DNA of 64,000 nt from Escherichia coli (GCF_001677475.2 NZ_CP015229.1), one strand, 5' to 3'. Numbered from the stretch's first letter, positions 1 to 10,763 are shown. The notes: generated by a model from the sequence alone, not told the origin. Made by a program: numbers and translations.

Positions 1-240
1 GGCAACGTGCTGCAGCTGTCATTGCCAGATATTGCTTTACCGGAGCCTGAAACGCCGCCTGCCGCAACGGTTGTCGCTCAGGAGGGCGAAGATGAATATC
101 AGTTGATTGTTCGCGTGCTGAAAGAAACAAACGGCGTGGTTGCCGGGCCTAAAGGCGCTGCGCAACGTCTGGGGCTGAAACGCACGACTCTGCTGTCACG
201 GATGAAGCGACTGGGAATTGATAAATCGGCATTGATTTAA
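1..240 (+). CDS. fhlA: Formate hydrogenlyase transcriptional activator FhlA, C-terminal fragment (gene continues upstream of window)
   Basis: Frame is open from the window start; C-terminal HTH-like tail (...LKRTTLLSRMKRLGIDKSALI) ends at a stop at 238-240; position matches fhlA upstream of ygbA/mutS. Confidence 0.7.
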   Translation, partial: GNVLQLSLPDIALPEPETPPAATVVAQEGEDEYQLIVRVLKETNGVVAGPKGAAQRLGLKRTTLLSRMKRLGIDKSALI

Positions 241-284
241 CAGATGTGGTTATACTCGATCAACATTCAATGAAAGGAGGCAGT

Positions 285-713
285 ATGGCAGTTTCAGCAA
301 GAAATCAATTAACCGGAACAGTTAGCGCAGTAGCAATGGGCGCGGTGAATGACGAAGTAGAACTGACGCTGGCAGGTGGTGCAAAGCTGGTGGCAATTGT
401 GACTCACAGCAGCCAGCAGGCTCTGGGTCTGGCGAAAGGGAAAGAAGCGATTGCCCTGATTAAAGCCCCGTGGGTAACGCTGGCAACGGAAGACTGTGGA
501 CTGAAATTCTCTGCTCGCAACCAGTTTGCTGGCAGCGTGTCGACAATCACCGAAGGCGCAGTGAACGCCACTGTCCATATCAAAACGGATGCGGGTTTTG
601 AAATTGTGGCAGTGGTAACAAATGAAAGTCAGGATGAAATGAAACTCACCACTGGCTCACGCGTTATTGCATTGATCAAAGCATCAGCCATCCTGATTGC
701 CACCAAAGCGTAA
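285..713 (+). CDS. Tandem TOBE (Mop-type) molybdate/oxyanion-binding protein, about 142 aa
   Basis: Two about 70-aa repeats (ARNQLTG.VS.V.....V...V.L.GG..L.A.VT / ARNQFAGSVSTITEGAVNATVHIKTDAGFEIVAVVT) typical of Mop/TOBE domains. Start taken at ATG 285, preceded by AAAGGAGG; the ORF-track start at 246 is GTG with no SD. Confidence 0.7.
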   Translation: MAVSARNQLTGTVSAVAMGAVNDEVELTLAGGAKLVAIVTHSSQQALGLAKGKEAIALIKAPWVTLATEDCGLKFSARNQFAGSVSTITEGAVNATVHIKTDAGFEIVAVVTNESQDEMKLTTGSRVIALIKASAILIATKA

Positions 714-751
714 GCGCCTTATTTGCCGGAGAGTATGGCTCTCCGGCAGAT

Positions 752-1096
752 TTATTTCTTTGGACGATATTTTTCTGGCAACTCCGGCACCGGACGCTTG
801 TCATCGATGAGATGACGCACAGTTAAGATCGGGTGACGCCACAGCATTCTCGGCCCGGCCCAACGCATAATCTGTTTCATCTCTTCACGCTTTGCAGGCT
901 GGTAACAGTGCACCGGACACTGCTTACAGGCTGGTTTCTCTTCGCCGAACACACATTTATCCAGCCGCTTTTGCGCGTAAGTAAACAACGCCTCATAATG
1001 CTCCGGCTCCGCTGACGCCTGCGGGCATTTCGCTTGATAAAGATCGATCATTTTTTTAATCGTCAGTTTTTCACGAGAGATACGCTTGCCGGACAT
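752..1096 (-). CDS. ygbA: Cys-rich small protein, NO-stimulated-promoter family (YgbA-like)
   Basis: 114-aa ORF with CxxC...C...CxxC pattern (CPQ...CVFGEEKPACKQCPVHC), divergent from mutS as in E. coli; the family assignment is from recall. Confidence 0.7.
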   Translation of the reverse strand: MSGKRISREKLTIKKMIDLYQAKCPQASAEPEHYEALFTYAQKRLDKCVFGEEKPACKQCPVHCYQPAKREEMKQIMRWAGPRMLWRHPILTVRHLIDDKRPVPELPEKYRPKK

Positions 1097-1113
1097 GCTG
1101 CCTCCATACTCTT

Positions 1114-1136
1114 AAGGTGTATTTATATTACAACTT
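1114..1136. promoter_or_regulatory. Putative NsrR-type operator upstream of ygbA
   Basis: AAGGTGTATTTATATTACAACTT matches about 16-18 of 23 positions of the recalled NsrR inverted-repeat consensus (AAGATGCATTT-N-AAATGCATCTT) and lies 18-40 nt upstream of the ygbA start. Manual match only. Confidence 0.35.
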
Positions 1137-1382
1137 AATTTGAAAGGGGACTATGGCTCTGAAGGAGGAGGTTTATTCAACCGACGCAATTTTGCGTACT
1201 TGCTTCATAATCATCACGCAAAAGCTGCAAAACAGCATCTTTCCCGGAATCACCATCAAGAACTCGCCGTTCGCTTCTTCCCCTGAAATGATTAACTCCG
1301 GTATCATGTGCGCCTTATGTGATTACAACGAAAATAAAAACCATCACACCCCATTTAATATCAGGGAACCGGACATAACCCC

Positions 1383-3944
1383 ATGAGTGCAATAGAAAAT
1401 TTCGACGCCCATACGCCCATGATGCAGCAGTATCTCAAGCTGAAAGCCCAGCATCCCGAGATCCTGCTGTTTTACCGGATGGGTGATTTTTATGAACTGT
1501 TTTATGACGACGCAAAACGTGCGTCGCAACTGCTGGATATTTCACTGACCAAACGCGGTGCTTCAGCGGGAGAGCCGATCCCGATGGCGGGGATTCCCTA
1601 CCATGCAGTGGAAAACTACCTCGCCAAACTGGTGAATCAGGGCGAGTCCGTTGCCATCTGCGAACAAATTGGCGATCCGGCGACCAGCAAAGGTCCGGTT
1701 GAGCGCAAAGTTGTGCGTATCGTTACGCCTGGCACCATCAGCGATGAAGCCCTGTTGCAGGAGCGTCAGGACAACCTGTTGGCGGCTATCTGGCAGGACA
1801 GTAAAGGTTTCGGCTACGCGACGCTGGATATTAGTTCCGGTCGTTTTCGCCTGAGCGAACCGGCTGACCGGGAAACGATGGCGGCAGAACTGCAACGCAC
1901 TAATCCTGCGGAACTGCTGTATGCAGAAGATTTTGCTGAAATGTCGTTAATTGAAGGTCGTCGCGGTCTGCGCCGTCGCCCGCTGTGGGAGTTTGAAATC
2001 GACACCGCGCGCCAGCAGTTAAACCTGCAATTTGGCACTCGTGATCTGGTCGGTTTTGGCGTCGAGAACGCGCCGCGCGGACTTTGTGCTGCCGGTTGTC
2101 TGTTGCAGTATGCGAAAGATACCCAACGCACGACCCTGCCGCATATTCGTTCTATCACCATGGAACGTGAGCAGGACAGCATCATTATGGATGCCGCGAC
2201 GCGTCGTAACCTGGAAATTACCCAGAACCTGGCGGGCGGTGCGGAAAACACGCTGGCTTCAGTGCTCGACTGCACTGTAACGCCGATGGGTAGTCGTATG
2301 CTGAAACGCTGGCTGCATATGCCAGTGCGCGATACCCGCGTGTTGCTTGAGCGCCAGCAAACTATTGGCGCATTGCAGGATTTCACCGCCGAGCTGCAGC
2401 CGGTACTGCGTCAGGTCGGCGACCTGGAACGTATTCTGGCACGTCTGGCTTTACGAACAGCTCGCCCACGCGATCTGGCCCGTATGCGTCACGCTTTCCA
2501 GCAACTGCCGGAGTTGCGTGCGCAGTTAGAAACTGTCGATAGCGCTCCGGTGCAGGCGCTACGTGAGAAGATGGGCGAGTTTGCCGAGCTGCGCGATCTG
2601 CTGGAGCGAGCAATCATCGACACACCGCCAGTGCTGGTACGCGACGGTGGTGTTATCGCATCAGGCTATAACGAAGAGCTGGATGAGTGGCGCGCGCTGG
2701 CTGACGGCGCGACCGATTATCTGGAGCGTCTGGAAGTCCGCGAGCGTGAACGTACCGGCCTGGACACGCTGAAAGTTGGCTTTAATGCGGTGCACGGCTA
2801 CTACATTCAGATCAGCCGTGGGCAAAGCCACCTGGCACCGATTAACTACATGCGCCGCCAGACGCTGAAAAACGCCGAACGCTACATTATTCCAGAGCTA
2901 AAAGAGTACGAAGATAAAGTTCTCACCTCAAAAGGCAAAGCACTGGCACTGGAAAAACAGCTTTATGAAGAGCTGTTCGACTTGCTGTTGCCGCATCTGG
3001 AAGCGTTGCAACAGAGCGCGAGCGCGCTGGCGGAACTCGACGTGCTGGTTAACCTGGCGGAACGGGCCTATACCCTGAACTACACCTGCCCGACCTTTAT
3101 TGATAAACCGGGTATTCGCATCACCGAAGGCCGCCATCCGGTGGTTGAACAGGTACTGAACGAGCCATTTATCGCCAACCCGCTGAACCTGTCGCCGCAG
3201 CGTCGCATGTTGATCATTACCGGTCCGAATATGGGCGGTAAAAGTACCTATATGCGCCAGACCGCACTGATTGCGCTGATGGCGTATATCGGCAGCTATG
3301 TACCGGCACAAAAAGTCGAGATTGGACCTATCGATCGCATCTTTACCCGCGTAGGGGCAGCGGATGATCTGGCATCCGGGCGTTCAACCTTTATGGTGGA
3401 GATGACCGAAACCGCTAATATTCTGCATAACGCCACCGAGTACAGCCTGGTGTTGATGGATGAGATTGGGCGCGGGACGTCCACTTACGATGGCCTGTCG
3501 CTGGCGTGGGCGTGCGCGGAAAATCTGGCGAATAAGATTAAAGCGTTGACGCTGTTTGCCACCCACTATTTCGAGCTGACCCAGTTACCGGAGAAAATGG
3601 AAGGCGTCGCCAACGTGCATCTCGATGCACTGGAGCACGGCGACACCATTGCCTTTATGCACAGCGTGCAGGATGGCGCGGCGAGCAAAAGCTACGGCCT
3701 GGCGGTTGCAGCTCTGGCAGGCGTGCCAAAAGAGGTTATTAAGCGCGCACGGCAAAAACTGCGTGAGCTGGAAAGCATTTCGCCGAACGCCGCCGCTACG
3801 CAAGTGGATGGTACGCAAATGTCTTTGCTGTCCGTACCAGAAGAAACTTCGCCTGCGGTCGAGGCACTGGAAAACCTCGACCCGGATTCACTGACTCCGC
3901 GTCAGGCGCTGGAATGGATTTATCGCTTGAAGAGTCTGGTGTAA
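1383..3944 (+). CDS. mutS: DNA mismatch repair protein MutS
   Basis: 853-aa ORF; Walker [10 protein letters not shown], MutS signature [14 protein letters not shown], start [18 protein letters not shown]. Confidence 0.97.
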
Positions 3945-3949
3945 TAACA

Positions 3950-3978
3950 ATTCCCGATAGTCTTTTGCTATCGGGAAT
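3950..3978 (+). terminator. Stem-loop after mutS (possible terminator, no strong U-tract)
   Basis: 10-11 bp inverted repeat TTCCCGATAG / CTATCGGGAA with a 7-nt loop, 6 nt after the mutS stop. Confidence 0.35.
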
Positions 3979-4049
3979 ATTAACGACAACTGACGAATCA
4001 AATAAAAATACCCTGTATAATAGGAAATCTTATTTTACAGGGTAAAACC

Positions 4050-4706
4050 ATGCCATCTACACGCTATCAAAAAATTAATGCCCATCACTATCGTTATATA
4101 TGGGCCGTTGGTGATATTCATGGTGACTATCAATTATTACAATCCCGCTTACATCAACTCTCTTTTTGCCCTGAAACCGACTTACTTATTTCTGTCGGCG
4201 ATAATATTGATCGTGGGCCGGAGAGTCTTAACGTACTACGCCTGTTAAACCAGCCCTGGTTTACATCGGTTAAAGGCAACCATGAAGCGATGGCGCTTGA
4301 TGCATTCGAAACTGGCGATGGAAATATGTGGCTTGCCAGCGGCGGCGACTGGTTCTTTGAATTAAATGAGACGGAACAACAAGAAGCAATAAATCTGTTG
4401 CTGAAATTTCATCGCCTTCCACATATTATTGAAATCACTAACGACATAATAAAATATGTCATCGCACATGCAGATTATCCGGGGAATGAATATCTCTTTG
4501 GCAAAGAAATAGCGGAGAGCGAATTACTCTGGCCTGTTGATCGTGTGCAGAAATCACTTAATGGCGAGTTACAACAAATAAACGGCGCTGATTATTTTAT
4601 ATTTGGACATATGATGTTTGATAACATTCAGACGTTCGCTAACCAGATTTATATTGATACCGGATCGCCGAAAAGCGGGCGGCTGTCATTTTATAAAATA
4701 AAGTAG
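4050..4706 (+). CDS. pphB: Serine/threonine protein phosphatase 2 (PrpB)
   Basis: 218 aa; calcineurin-like metallophosphatase motifs GDIHG, GDNIDRG, GNHE. Confidence 0.9.
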   Translation: MPSTRYQKINAHHYRYIWAVGDIHGDYQLLQSRLHQLSFCPETDLLISVGDNIDRGPESLNVLRLLNQPWFTSVKGNHEAMALDAFETGDGNMWLASGGDWFFELNETEQQEAINLLLKFHRLPHIIEITNDIIKYVIAHADYPGNEYLFGKEIAESELLWPVDRVQKSLNGELQQINGADYFIFGHMMFDNIQTFANQIYIDTGSPKSGRLSFYKIK

Positions 4707-4707
4707 T

Positions 4708-4733
4708 CTCATGCTTCTTCTGTGAAGCATGAG
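4708..4733. terminator. Hairpin between convergent pphB and ygbI
   Basis: 9-bp inverted repeat CTCATGCTT / AAGCATGAG with an 8-nt loop; AT-rich flank on the minus-strand side. Confidence 0.35.
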
Positions 4734-4756
4734 TAACCCGGTGTTATTGCAGGCCA

Positions 4757-5524
4757 TTATTCATTTTTCGCTACCAGCAAAGAGAGATCCTGCTTCGCCA
4801 GCGCGCGACTGGCACTCTCCGGCAAACCGTCGTCTGTAATGATCTGATCAAACTCGCTTAATGGTAACGCCAGCCATGTCGCCACCTGACCATATTTCGT
4901 CGCATCACAGACCAAAACTCGCTGGCGGCTGGCACTGGCAATCGCCCGTTTCACCGTGACTTTATCTTCCGCTGGCGTAGAAATCCCCCGCACACTCCAT
5001 GACGATGCAGAAATAAAAGCCTGATCAATCATCAGGCTGCGCAGCATAGTCGCAGCGGCTTCCCCGACACAGGAACGGTTTTCCCGACACACTGCACCGC
5101 CAGTGTGAATAATTGTGCAATTACTATTGTCGAGCAAGTAGTCTGCAATAACGAAATCGTTTGTGACCACAGTCAGTGACTCCATGTGAATCAGATGCTG
5201 TGCTATCGCTAACGTGGTCGTTCCCGCATCCAGATAGATACAACTTCCCGGCTGAACAAGACTTGCCGCCAGCTTGCCAATAGCCGCTTTTTGCGTCATT
5301 GCCAGCGCAGTTTTTACCTGATGAGAAGGTTCATGCGCCACGCGTCCCGGAGACTGGACGCCTCCGGACACCAGCACAACGGCTCCCTGCTGCTCCAGTT
5401 TTTGTAAATCCCGACGAATGGTCATATGTGACACATTCATTCTGTCCGTTAGTTCAGCAATACTGACAATGCCTTTTTCAGCTACCATCTCAAGGATGAT
5501 TTGGCGACGCTCTACGGGTATCAA
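4757..5524 (-). CDS. ygbI: DeoR-family transcriptional regulator
   Basis: N-terminal DeoR HTH (IAELTDRMNVSHMTIRRDL) plus sugar-binding domain. Start set at TTG 5524, preceded by AAGGAAGGAG at 6-nt spacing, giving 255 aa; the ORF-track ATG at 5554 has no SD. Confidence 0.85.
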   Translation of the reverse strand: MIPVERRQIILEMVAEKGIVSIAELTDRMNVSHMTIRRDLQKLEQQGAVVLVSGGVQSPGRVAHEPSHQVKTALAMTQKAAIGKLAASLVQPGSCIYLDAGTTTLAIAQHLIHMESLTVVTNDFVIADYLLDNSNCTIIHTGGAVCRENRSCVGEAAATMLRSLMIDQAFISASSWSVRGISTPAEDKVTVKRAIASASRQRVLVCDATKYGQVATWLALPLSEFDQIITDDGLPESASRALAKQDLSLLVAKNE

Positions 5525-5719
5525 CTTTTGCTCCTTCCTTTGTCCTGCTGACATTCTACGCTATTTGCCTGCGAAACGTGCGCGGCGCAACTAATGCTTA
5601 GTTCACATAAAATAACACACAATGTTAATTTTTGTGAATCAGCTCACCATATCGTTATCTTCCAGCGCTTATATTCACAATATCAAACAAAATATCACTT
5701 AAATTAACAAGGAGAGAAG

Positions 5720-6628
5720 ATGAAAACGGGATCTGAGTTTCATGTCGGTATCGTTGGCTTAGGGTCAATGGGAATGGGAGCAGCACTGTCATGTGTCCGC
5801 GCAGGTCTTTCTACCTGGGGCGCAGACCTGAACAGCAATGCCTGCGCTACGTTGAAAGAGGCAGGTGCTTGCGGGGTTTCTGATAACGCCGCGACGTTTG
5901 CCGAAAAACTGGACGCTCTGCTGGTGCTGGTGGTCAATGCGACCCAGGTTAAACAGGTGCTGTTTGGTGAAACAGGCGTTGCACAACATCTGAAACCCGG
6001 TACGGCAGTAATGGTTTCTTCCACTATCGCTAGTGCTGATGCGCAAGAAATTGCTACCGCTCTGGCTGGATTCGATCTGGAAATGCTGGATGCGCCAGTT
6101 TCTGGTGGTGCAGTAAAAGCCGCTAACGGTGAAATGACTGTCATGGCCTCCGGTAGCGATATTGCCTTTGAACGACTGGCACCCGTGCTGGAAGCCGTTG
6201 CCGGAAAAGTTTATCGCATCGGTGCAGAACCGGGACTAGGTTCGACCGTAAAAATTATTCACCAGTTGTTAGCGGGCGTACATATTGCTGCCGGAGCCGA
6301 AGCGATGGCACTTGCAGCCCGTGCGGGGATCCCGCTGGATGTGATGTATGACGTCGTGACCAATGCCGCCGGAAATTCCTGGATGTTCGAAAACCGGATG
6401 CGTCATGTGGTGGATGGCGATTACACCCCGCATTCAGCCGTCGATATTTTTGTTAAGGATCTTGGTCTGGTTGCCGATACAGCCAAAGCCCTGCACTTCC
6501 CGCTGCCATTGGCCTCAACAGCATTGAATATGTTCACCAGCGCCAGTAACGCGGGTTACGGGAAAGAAGACGATAGCGCAGTTATCAAGATTTTCTCTGG
6601 CATCACTCTACCGGGAGCGAAATCATGA
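5720..6628 (+). CDS. ygbJ: NAD-dependent 3-hydroxyisobutyrate-dehydrogenase-family enzyme (L-threonate dehydrogenase LtnD-like)
   Basis: 302 aa; N-terminal Rossmann GxGxxG (VGIVGLGSMGMG); first gene of the ygbJKLM cluster. Confidence 0.85.
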   Translation: MKTGSEFHVGIVGLGSMGMGAALSCVRAGLSTWGADLNSNACATLKEAGACGVSDNAATFAEKLDALLVLVVNATQVKQVLFGETGVAQHLKPGTAVMVSSTIASADAQEIATALAGFDLEMLDAPVSGGAVKAANGEMTVMASGSDIAFERLAPVLEAVAGKVYRIGAEPGLGSTVKIIHQLLAGVHIAAGAEAMALAARAGIPLDVMYDVVTNAAGNSWMFENRMRHVVDGDYTPHSAVDIFVKDLGLVADTAKALHFPLPLASTALNMFTSASNAGYGKEDDSAVIKIFSGITLPGAKS

Positions 6629-7887
6629 TCAAGATTGGCGTTATCGCCGATGATTTTACCGGCGCGACGGATATCGCCAGTTTTCTGGTGGAAAACGGTC
6701 TACCAACGGTACAAATTAACGGTGTTCCCACAGGTAAAATGCCGGAAGCAATCGACGCACTAGTGATCAGCCTGAAAACGCGCTCCTGTCCGGTGGTTGA
6801 AGCCACACAGCAATCGCTGGCGGCTCTGAGCTGGTTGCAACAGCAAGGTTGCAAACAGATCTATTTCAAATACTGCTCTACTTTCGACAGTACGGCGAAA
6901 GGTAATATCGGCCCGGTTACCGATGCGTTAATGGATGCTCTCGACACGCCGTTTACGGTCTTCTCTCCGGCCCTGCCGGTCAACGGACGTACGGTTTATC
7001 AGGGGTATTTGTTCGTAATGAATCAACTGCTGGCCGAATCTGGGATGCGCCATCACCCGGTAAATCCCATGACCGACAGCTATCTTCCCCGTCTGGTTGA
7101 AGCGCAATCCACAGGGCGCTGCGGCGTCGTTTCGGCACATGTTTTCGAACAAGGTGTAGATGCCGTTCGTCAGGAGCTGGCTCGCTTACAGCAAGAGGGC
7201 TATCGCTACGTGGTACTTGATGCGCTGACCGAACACCATCTGGAAATTCAGGGAGAAGCCTTGCGCGATGCTCCACTGGTAACGGGCGGTTCTGGTCTGG
7301 CGATTGGCCTGGCCCGGCAGTGGGCGCAAGAAAACGGTAACCAGGCTCGCGAAGCAGGGCGTCCGCTCGCTGGGCGCGGCGTAGTGCTCTCCGGTTCATG
7401 CTCTCAAATGACCAACCGCCAGGTGGCACATTACCGTCAAATTGCACCAGCCCGTGAAGTTGATGTGGCACGCTGCCTCTCAACCGAAACTCTGGCCGCT
7501 TATGCACACGAACTGGCAGAGTGGGTTCTGGGCCAGGAAAGTGTACTTGCTCCACTGGTTTTTGCCACCTCCAGCACTGACGCATTGGCAGCAATTCAAC
7601 AGCAATACGGTGCACAAAAAGCCAGTCAGGCAGTAGAAACGCTGTTTTCTCAACTAGCGGCGCGGTTAGCAGCGGAAGGCGTGACACGCTTTATTGTCGC
7701 AGGCGGTGAGACCTCCGGCGTAGTCACACAGAGCCTGGGCATAAAAGGGTTTCATATTGGCCCAACCATTTCCCCCGGCGTGCCGTGGGTAAACGCACTG
7801 GATAAGCCTGTCTCACTCGCCCTTAAATCTGGCAACTTCGGTGATGAAGCCTTTTTTTCACGAGCCCAAAGAGAGTTTTTATCATGA
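6625..7887 (+). CDS. ygbK: Four-carbon acid-sugar kinase, DUF1537 family (3-oxo-tetronate kinase OtnK-like)
   Basis: 420 aa; N-terminus MIKIGVIADDFTGATD typical of DUF1537 kinases; ATGA overlap with ygbJ stop. Confidence 0.85.
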   Translation: MIKIGVIADDFTGATDIASFLVENGLPTVQINGVPTGKMPEAIDALVISLKTRSCPVVEATQQSLAALSWLQQQGCKQIYFKYCSTFDSTAKGNIGPVTDALMDALDTPFTVFSPALPVNGRTVYQGYLFVMNQLLAESGMRHHPVNPMTDSYLPRLVEAQSTGRCGVVSAHVFEQGVDAVRQELARLQQEGYRYVVLDALTEHHLEIQGEALRDAPLVTGGSGLAIGLARQWAQENGNQAREAGRPLAGRGVVLSGSCSQMTNRQVAHYRQIAPAREVDVARCLSTETLAAYAHELAEWVLGQESVLAPLVFATSSTDALAAIQQQYGAQKASQAVETLFSQLAARLAAEGVTRFIVAGGETSGVVTQSLGIKGFHIGPTISPGVPWVNALDKPVSLALKSGNFGDEAFFSRAQREFLS

Positions 7888-8522
7888 GCGATTTCGCAAA
7901 AGTAGAGCAGTCTTTGCGAGAGGAGATGACGCGGATTGCCAGTTCATTCTTTCAGCGCGGCTATGCAACCGGTTCGGCTGGCAATCTGTCGCTGCTTTTA
8001 CCTGACGGGAATTTACTGGCGACACCGACAGGTTCATGCCTGGGTAATCTCGATCCGCAGCGGCTTTCCAAAGTCGCCGCGGATGGCGAATGGTTAAGTG
8101 GTGACAACCCCTCGAAAGAGGTGCTCTTTCATCTGGCGCTGTATCGCAACAATCCGCGCTGTAAAGCGGTGGTGCATTTGCACAGCACATGGTCGACGGC
8201 GCTTTCCTGCCTGCAAGGGCTGGACAGCAGCAACGTTATTCGTCCGTTCACACCATATGTGGTGATGCGGATGGGAAATGTCCCGCTGGTGCCCTATTAC
8301 CGACCGGGCGATAAACGCATCGCACAGGATCTGGCGGAACTGGCAGCAGACAATCAGGCTTTTTTACTGGCAAATCATGGCCCAGTGGTTTGCGGTGAAA
8401 GCCTGCAAGAAGCCGCCAACAATATGGAAGAGCTGGAGGAAACGGCAAAGCTGATTTTTATTCTCGGTGACCGCCCGATCCGTTATCTGACCGCAGGTGA
8501 AATTGCGGAATTAAGGAGTTAA
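7884..8522 (+). CDS. ygbL: Class II aldolase/adducin-family decarboxylase (OtnC-like)
   Basis: 212 aa; class II aldolase-like fold; ATGA overlap with ygbK stop. Confidence 0.85.
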   Translation: MSDFAKVEQSLREEMTRIASSFFQRGYATGSAGNLSLLLPDGNLLATPTGSCLGNLDPQRLSKVAADGEWLSGDNPSKEVLFHLALYRNNPRCKAVVHLHSTWSTALSCLQGLDSSNVIRPFTPYVVMRMGNVPLVPYYRPGDKRIAQDLAELAADNQAFLLANHGPVVCGESLQEAANNMEELEETAKLIFILGDRPIRYLTAGEIAELRS

Positions 8523-8526
8523 TGCA

Positions 8527-9303
8527 ATGCCTCGTTTTGCAGCTAATTTATCCATGATGTTCACCGAAGTGCCTTTTATTGAACGCTTCGCCGCAGCGCG
8601 AAAAGCCGGGTTCGATGCTGTGGAATTTCTGTTTCCCTATGACTACTCCCCCCTGCAAATCCAAAAGCAACTGGTGCAAAACCATCTGACACTGGCGCTG
8701 TTCAATACCGCTCCCGGAGATATTAATGCGGGGGAATGGGGATTATCCGCCCTTCCCGGACGTGAGCAGGAAGCACGCGCAGACATCGACCTGGCACTGG
8801 AATATGCATTGGCGCTCAATTGTGAACAAGTCCATGTGATGGCAGGCGTCGTGCCCGCTGGCGAAGATGCTGAACGGTACCGGGCGGTATTTATCGATAA
8901 TCTCCGCTACGCTGCCGACCGCTTTGCGCCACACGGCAAGCGAATATTGGTTGAAGCACTCAGCCCCGGCGTTAAGCCTCATTATCTCTTCTCCAGCCAG
9001 TATCAGGCACTGGCTATTGTTGAAGAGGTTGCGCGAGATAACGTGTTTATTCAACTAGATACTTTCCATGCGCAAAAAGTAGATGGCAACCTGACGCATT
9101 TAATCCGCGACTACGCCGGGAAATATGCGCACGTACAAATTGCCGGACTACCTGATCGTCATGAACCGGACGATGGAGAAATCAACTATCCGTGGCTGTT
9201 CCGCCTGTTCGATGAAGTGGAATATCAGGGCTGGATCGGTTGTGAATACAAACCTCGTGGCCTCACCGAAGAAGGGCTTGGCTGGTTTGACGCCTGGCGC
9301 TAA
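8527..9303 (+). CDS. ygbM: Hydroxypyruvate-isomerase-family (TIM-barrel) isomerase (OtnI-like)
   Basis: 258 aa; xylose-isomerase-like TIM barrel; follows ygbL by 4 nt. Confidence 0.85.
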   Translation: MPRFAANLSMMFTEVPFIERFAAARKAGFDAVEFLFPYDYSPLQIQKQLVQNHLTLALFNTAPGDINAGEWGLSALPGREQEARADIDLALEYALALNCEQVHVMAGVVPAGEDAERYRAVFIDNLRYAADRFAPHGKRILVEALSPGVKPHYLFSSQYQALAIVEEVARDNVFIQLDTFHAQKVDGNLTHLIRDYAGKYAHVQIAGLPDRHEPDDGEINYPWLFRLFDEVEYQGWIGCEYKPRGLTEEGLGWFDAWR

Positions 9304-9391
9304 TTCGCTAAATCCCTAATTACAACGTACCCATACATCCCCCCATCTACGGATGGGGTAGGTTAACTATAACTTTCAGACAGGGTTTCCC

Positions 9392-10756
9392 ATGTCCACA
9401 ATTACATTGTTATGCATTGCGTTAGCTGGCGTAATCATGCTGTTGCTGCTGGTCATCAAGGCAAAGGTTCAACCATTCGTTGCTCTGCTCCTCGTCAGCC
9501 TGTTAGTCGCACTTGCGGCGGGTATACCGGCGGGCGAAGTGGGTAAAGTGATGGTCGCCGGGATGGGCGGTGTGCTTGGTTCCGTCACTATTATTATTGG
9601 TCTGGGCGCTATGCTGGGGCGTATGATCGAACACTCTGGTGGTGCAGAGTCACTGGCTAATTATTTCAGTCGCAAGTTAGGTGACAAACGAACTATCGCT
9701 GCGCTGACTCTGGCAGCGTTCTTCCTCGGTATTCCCGTCTTCTTTGATGTCGGCTTTATTATTCTTGCGCCAATCATTTACGGTTTTGCCAAGGTTGCCA
9801 AAATATCGCCACTCAAATTTGGCCTGCCTGTCGCTGGGATCATGCTCACTGTTCACGTGGCGGTACCGCCGCATCCAGGCCCTGTCGCCGCAGCGGGGTT
9901 ACTCCACGCAGACATCGGCTGGCTAACCATCATCGGTATTGCGATTTCTATTCCCGTAGGGATTGTTGGCTACTTTGCAGCGAAAATAATCAATAAGCGC
10001 CAATATGCGATGTCAGTAGAAGTACTGGAACAGATGCAACTGGCTCCGGCCAGTGAGGAAGGCGCGACAAAATTAAGCGATAAAATAAATCCACCGGGCG
10101 TCGCGCTGGTCACCTCGCTAATTGTTATTCCTATCGCGATTATCATGGCGGGTACGGTTTCTGCAACACTGATGCCGCCTTCGCATCCCCTGCTTGGTAC
10201 GCTACAGCTGATCGGCTCACCAATGGTAGCTCTAATGATTGCGCTGGTGCTGGCATTCTGGTTATTGGCTTTACGTCGCGGCTGGAGCTTACAACACACC
10301 AGCGACATTATGGGCTCAGCGCTTCCTACTGCGGCGGTAGTGATTTTGGTTACTGGTGCTGGAGGGGTATTTGGCAAAGTGCTGGTGGAATCGGGCGTCG
10401 GCAAAGCCCTTGCCAACATGTTACAAATGATTGACCTGCCTCTGTTACCAGCCGCATTTATTATTTCACTGGCGCTGCGTGCATCGCAGGGGTCAGCAAC
10501 CGTAGCAATACTGACAACCGGCGGGTTACTCTCAGAAGCGGTGATGAGATTGAATCCGATTCAGTGCGTATTGGTGACGCTGGCAGCCTGCTTTGGTGGG
10601 CTTGGTGCGTCACATATTAATGACTCAGGGTTCTGGATTGTGACCAAATATCTGGGATTGTCGGTAGCAGACGGTCTGAAAACCTGGACAGTGTTAACGA
10701 CCATTCTTGGTTTTACCGGATTCTTAATCACCTGGTGCGTATGGGCGGTGATTTAA
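9392..10756 (+). CDS. ygbN: GntP-family acid-sugar permease
   Basis: 454 aa, polytopic membrane protein; completes the ygbIJKLMN cluster. Confidence 0.85.
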   Translation: MSTITLLCIALAGVIMLLLLVIKAKVQPFVALLLVSLLVALAAGIPAGEVGKVMVAGMGGVLGSVTIIIGLGAMLGRMIEHSGGAESLANYFSRKLGDKRTIAALTLAAFFLGIPVFFDVGFIILAPIIYGFAKVAKISPLKFGLPVAGIMLTVHVAVPPHPGPVAAAGLLHADIGWLTIIGIAISIPVGIVGYFAAKIINKRQYAMSVEVLEQMQLAPASEEGATKLSDKINPPGVALVTSLIVIPIAIIMAGTVSATLMPPSHPLLGTLQLIGSPMVALMIALVLAFWLLALRRGWSLQHTSDIMGSALPTAAVVILVTGAGGVFGKVLVESGVGKALANMLQMIDLPLLPAAFIISLALRASQGSATVAILTTGGLLSEAVMRLNPIQCVLVTLAACFGGLGASHINDSGFWIVTKYLGLSVADGLKTWTVLTTILGFTGFLITWCVWAVI

Positions 10757-10763
10757 CCTTAAT

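Noticed and set aside
1153-1386. 77-aa ORF in the ygbA-mutS intergenic region
   Set aside because: Runs into the mutS start, has no SD and no recognisable domain; more likely promoter DNA for the divergent ygbA and mutS genes.
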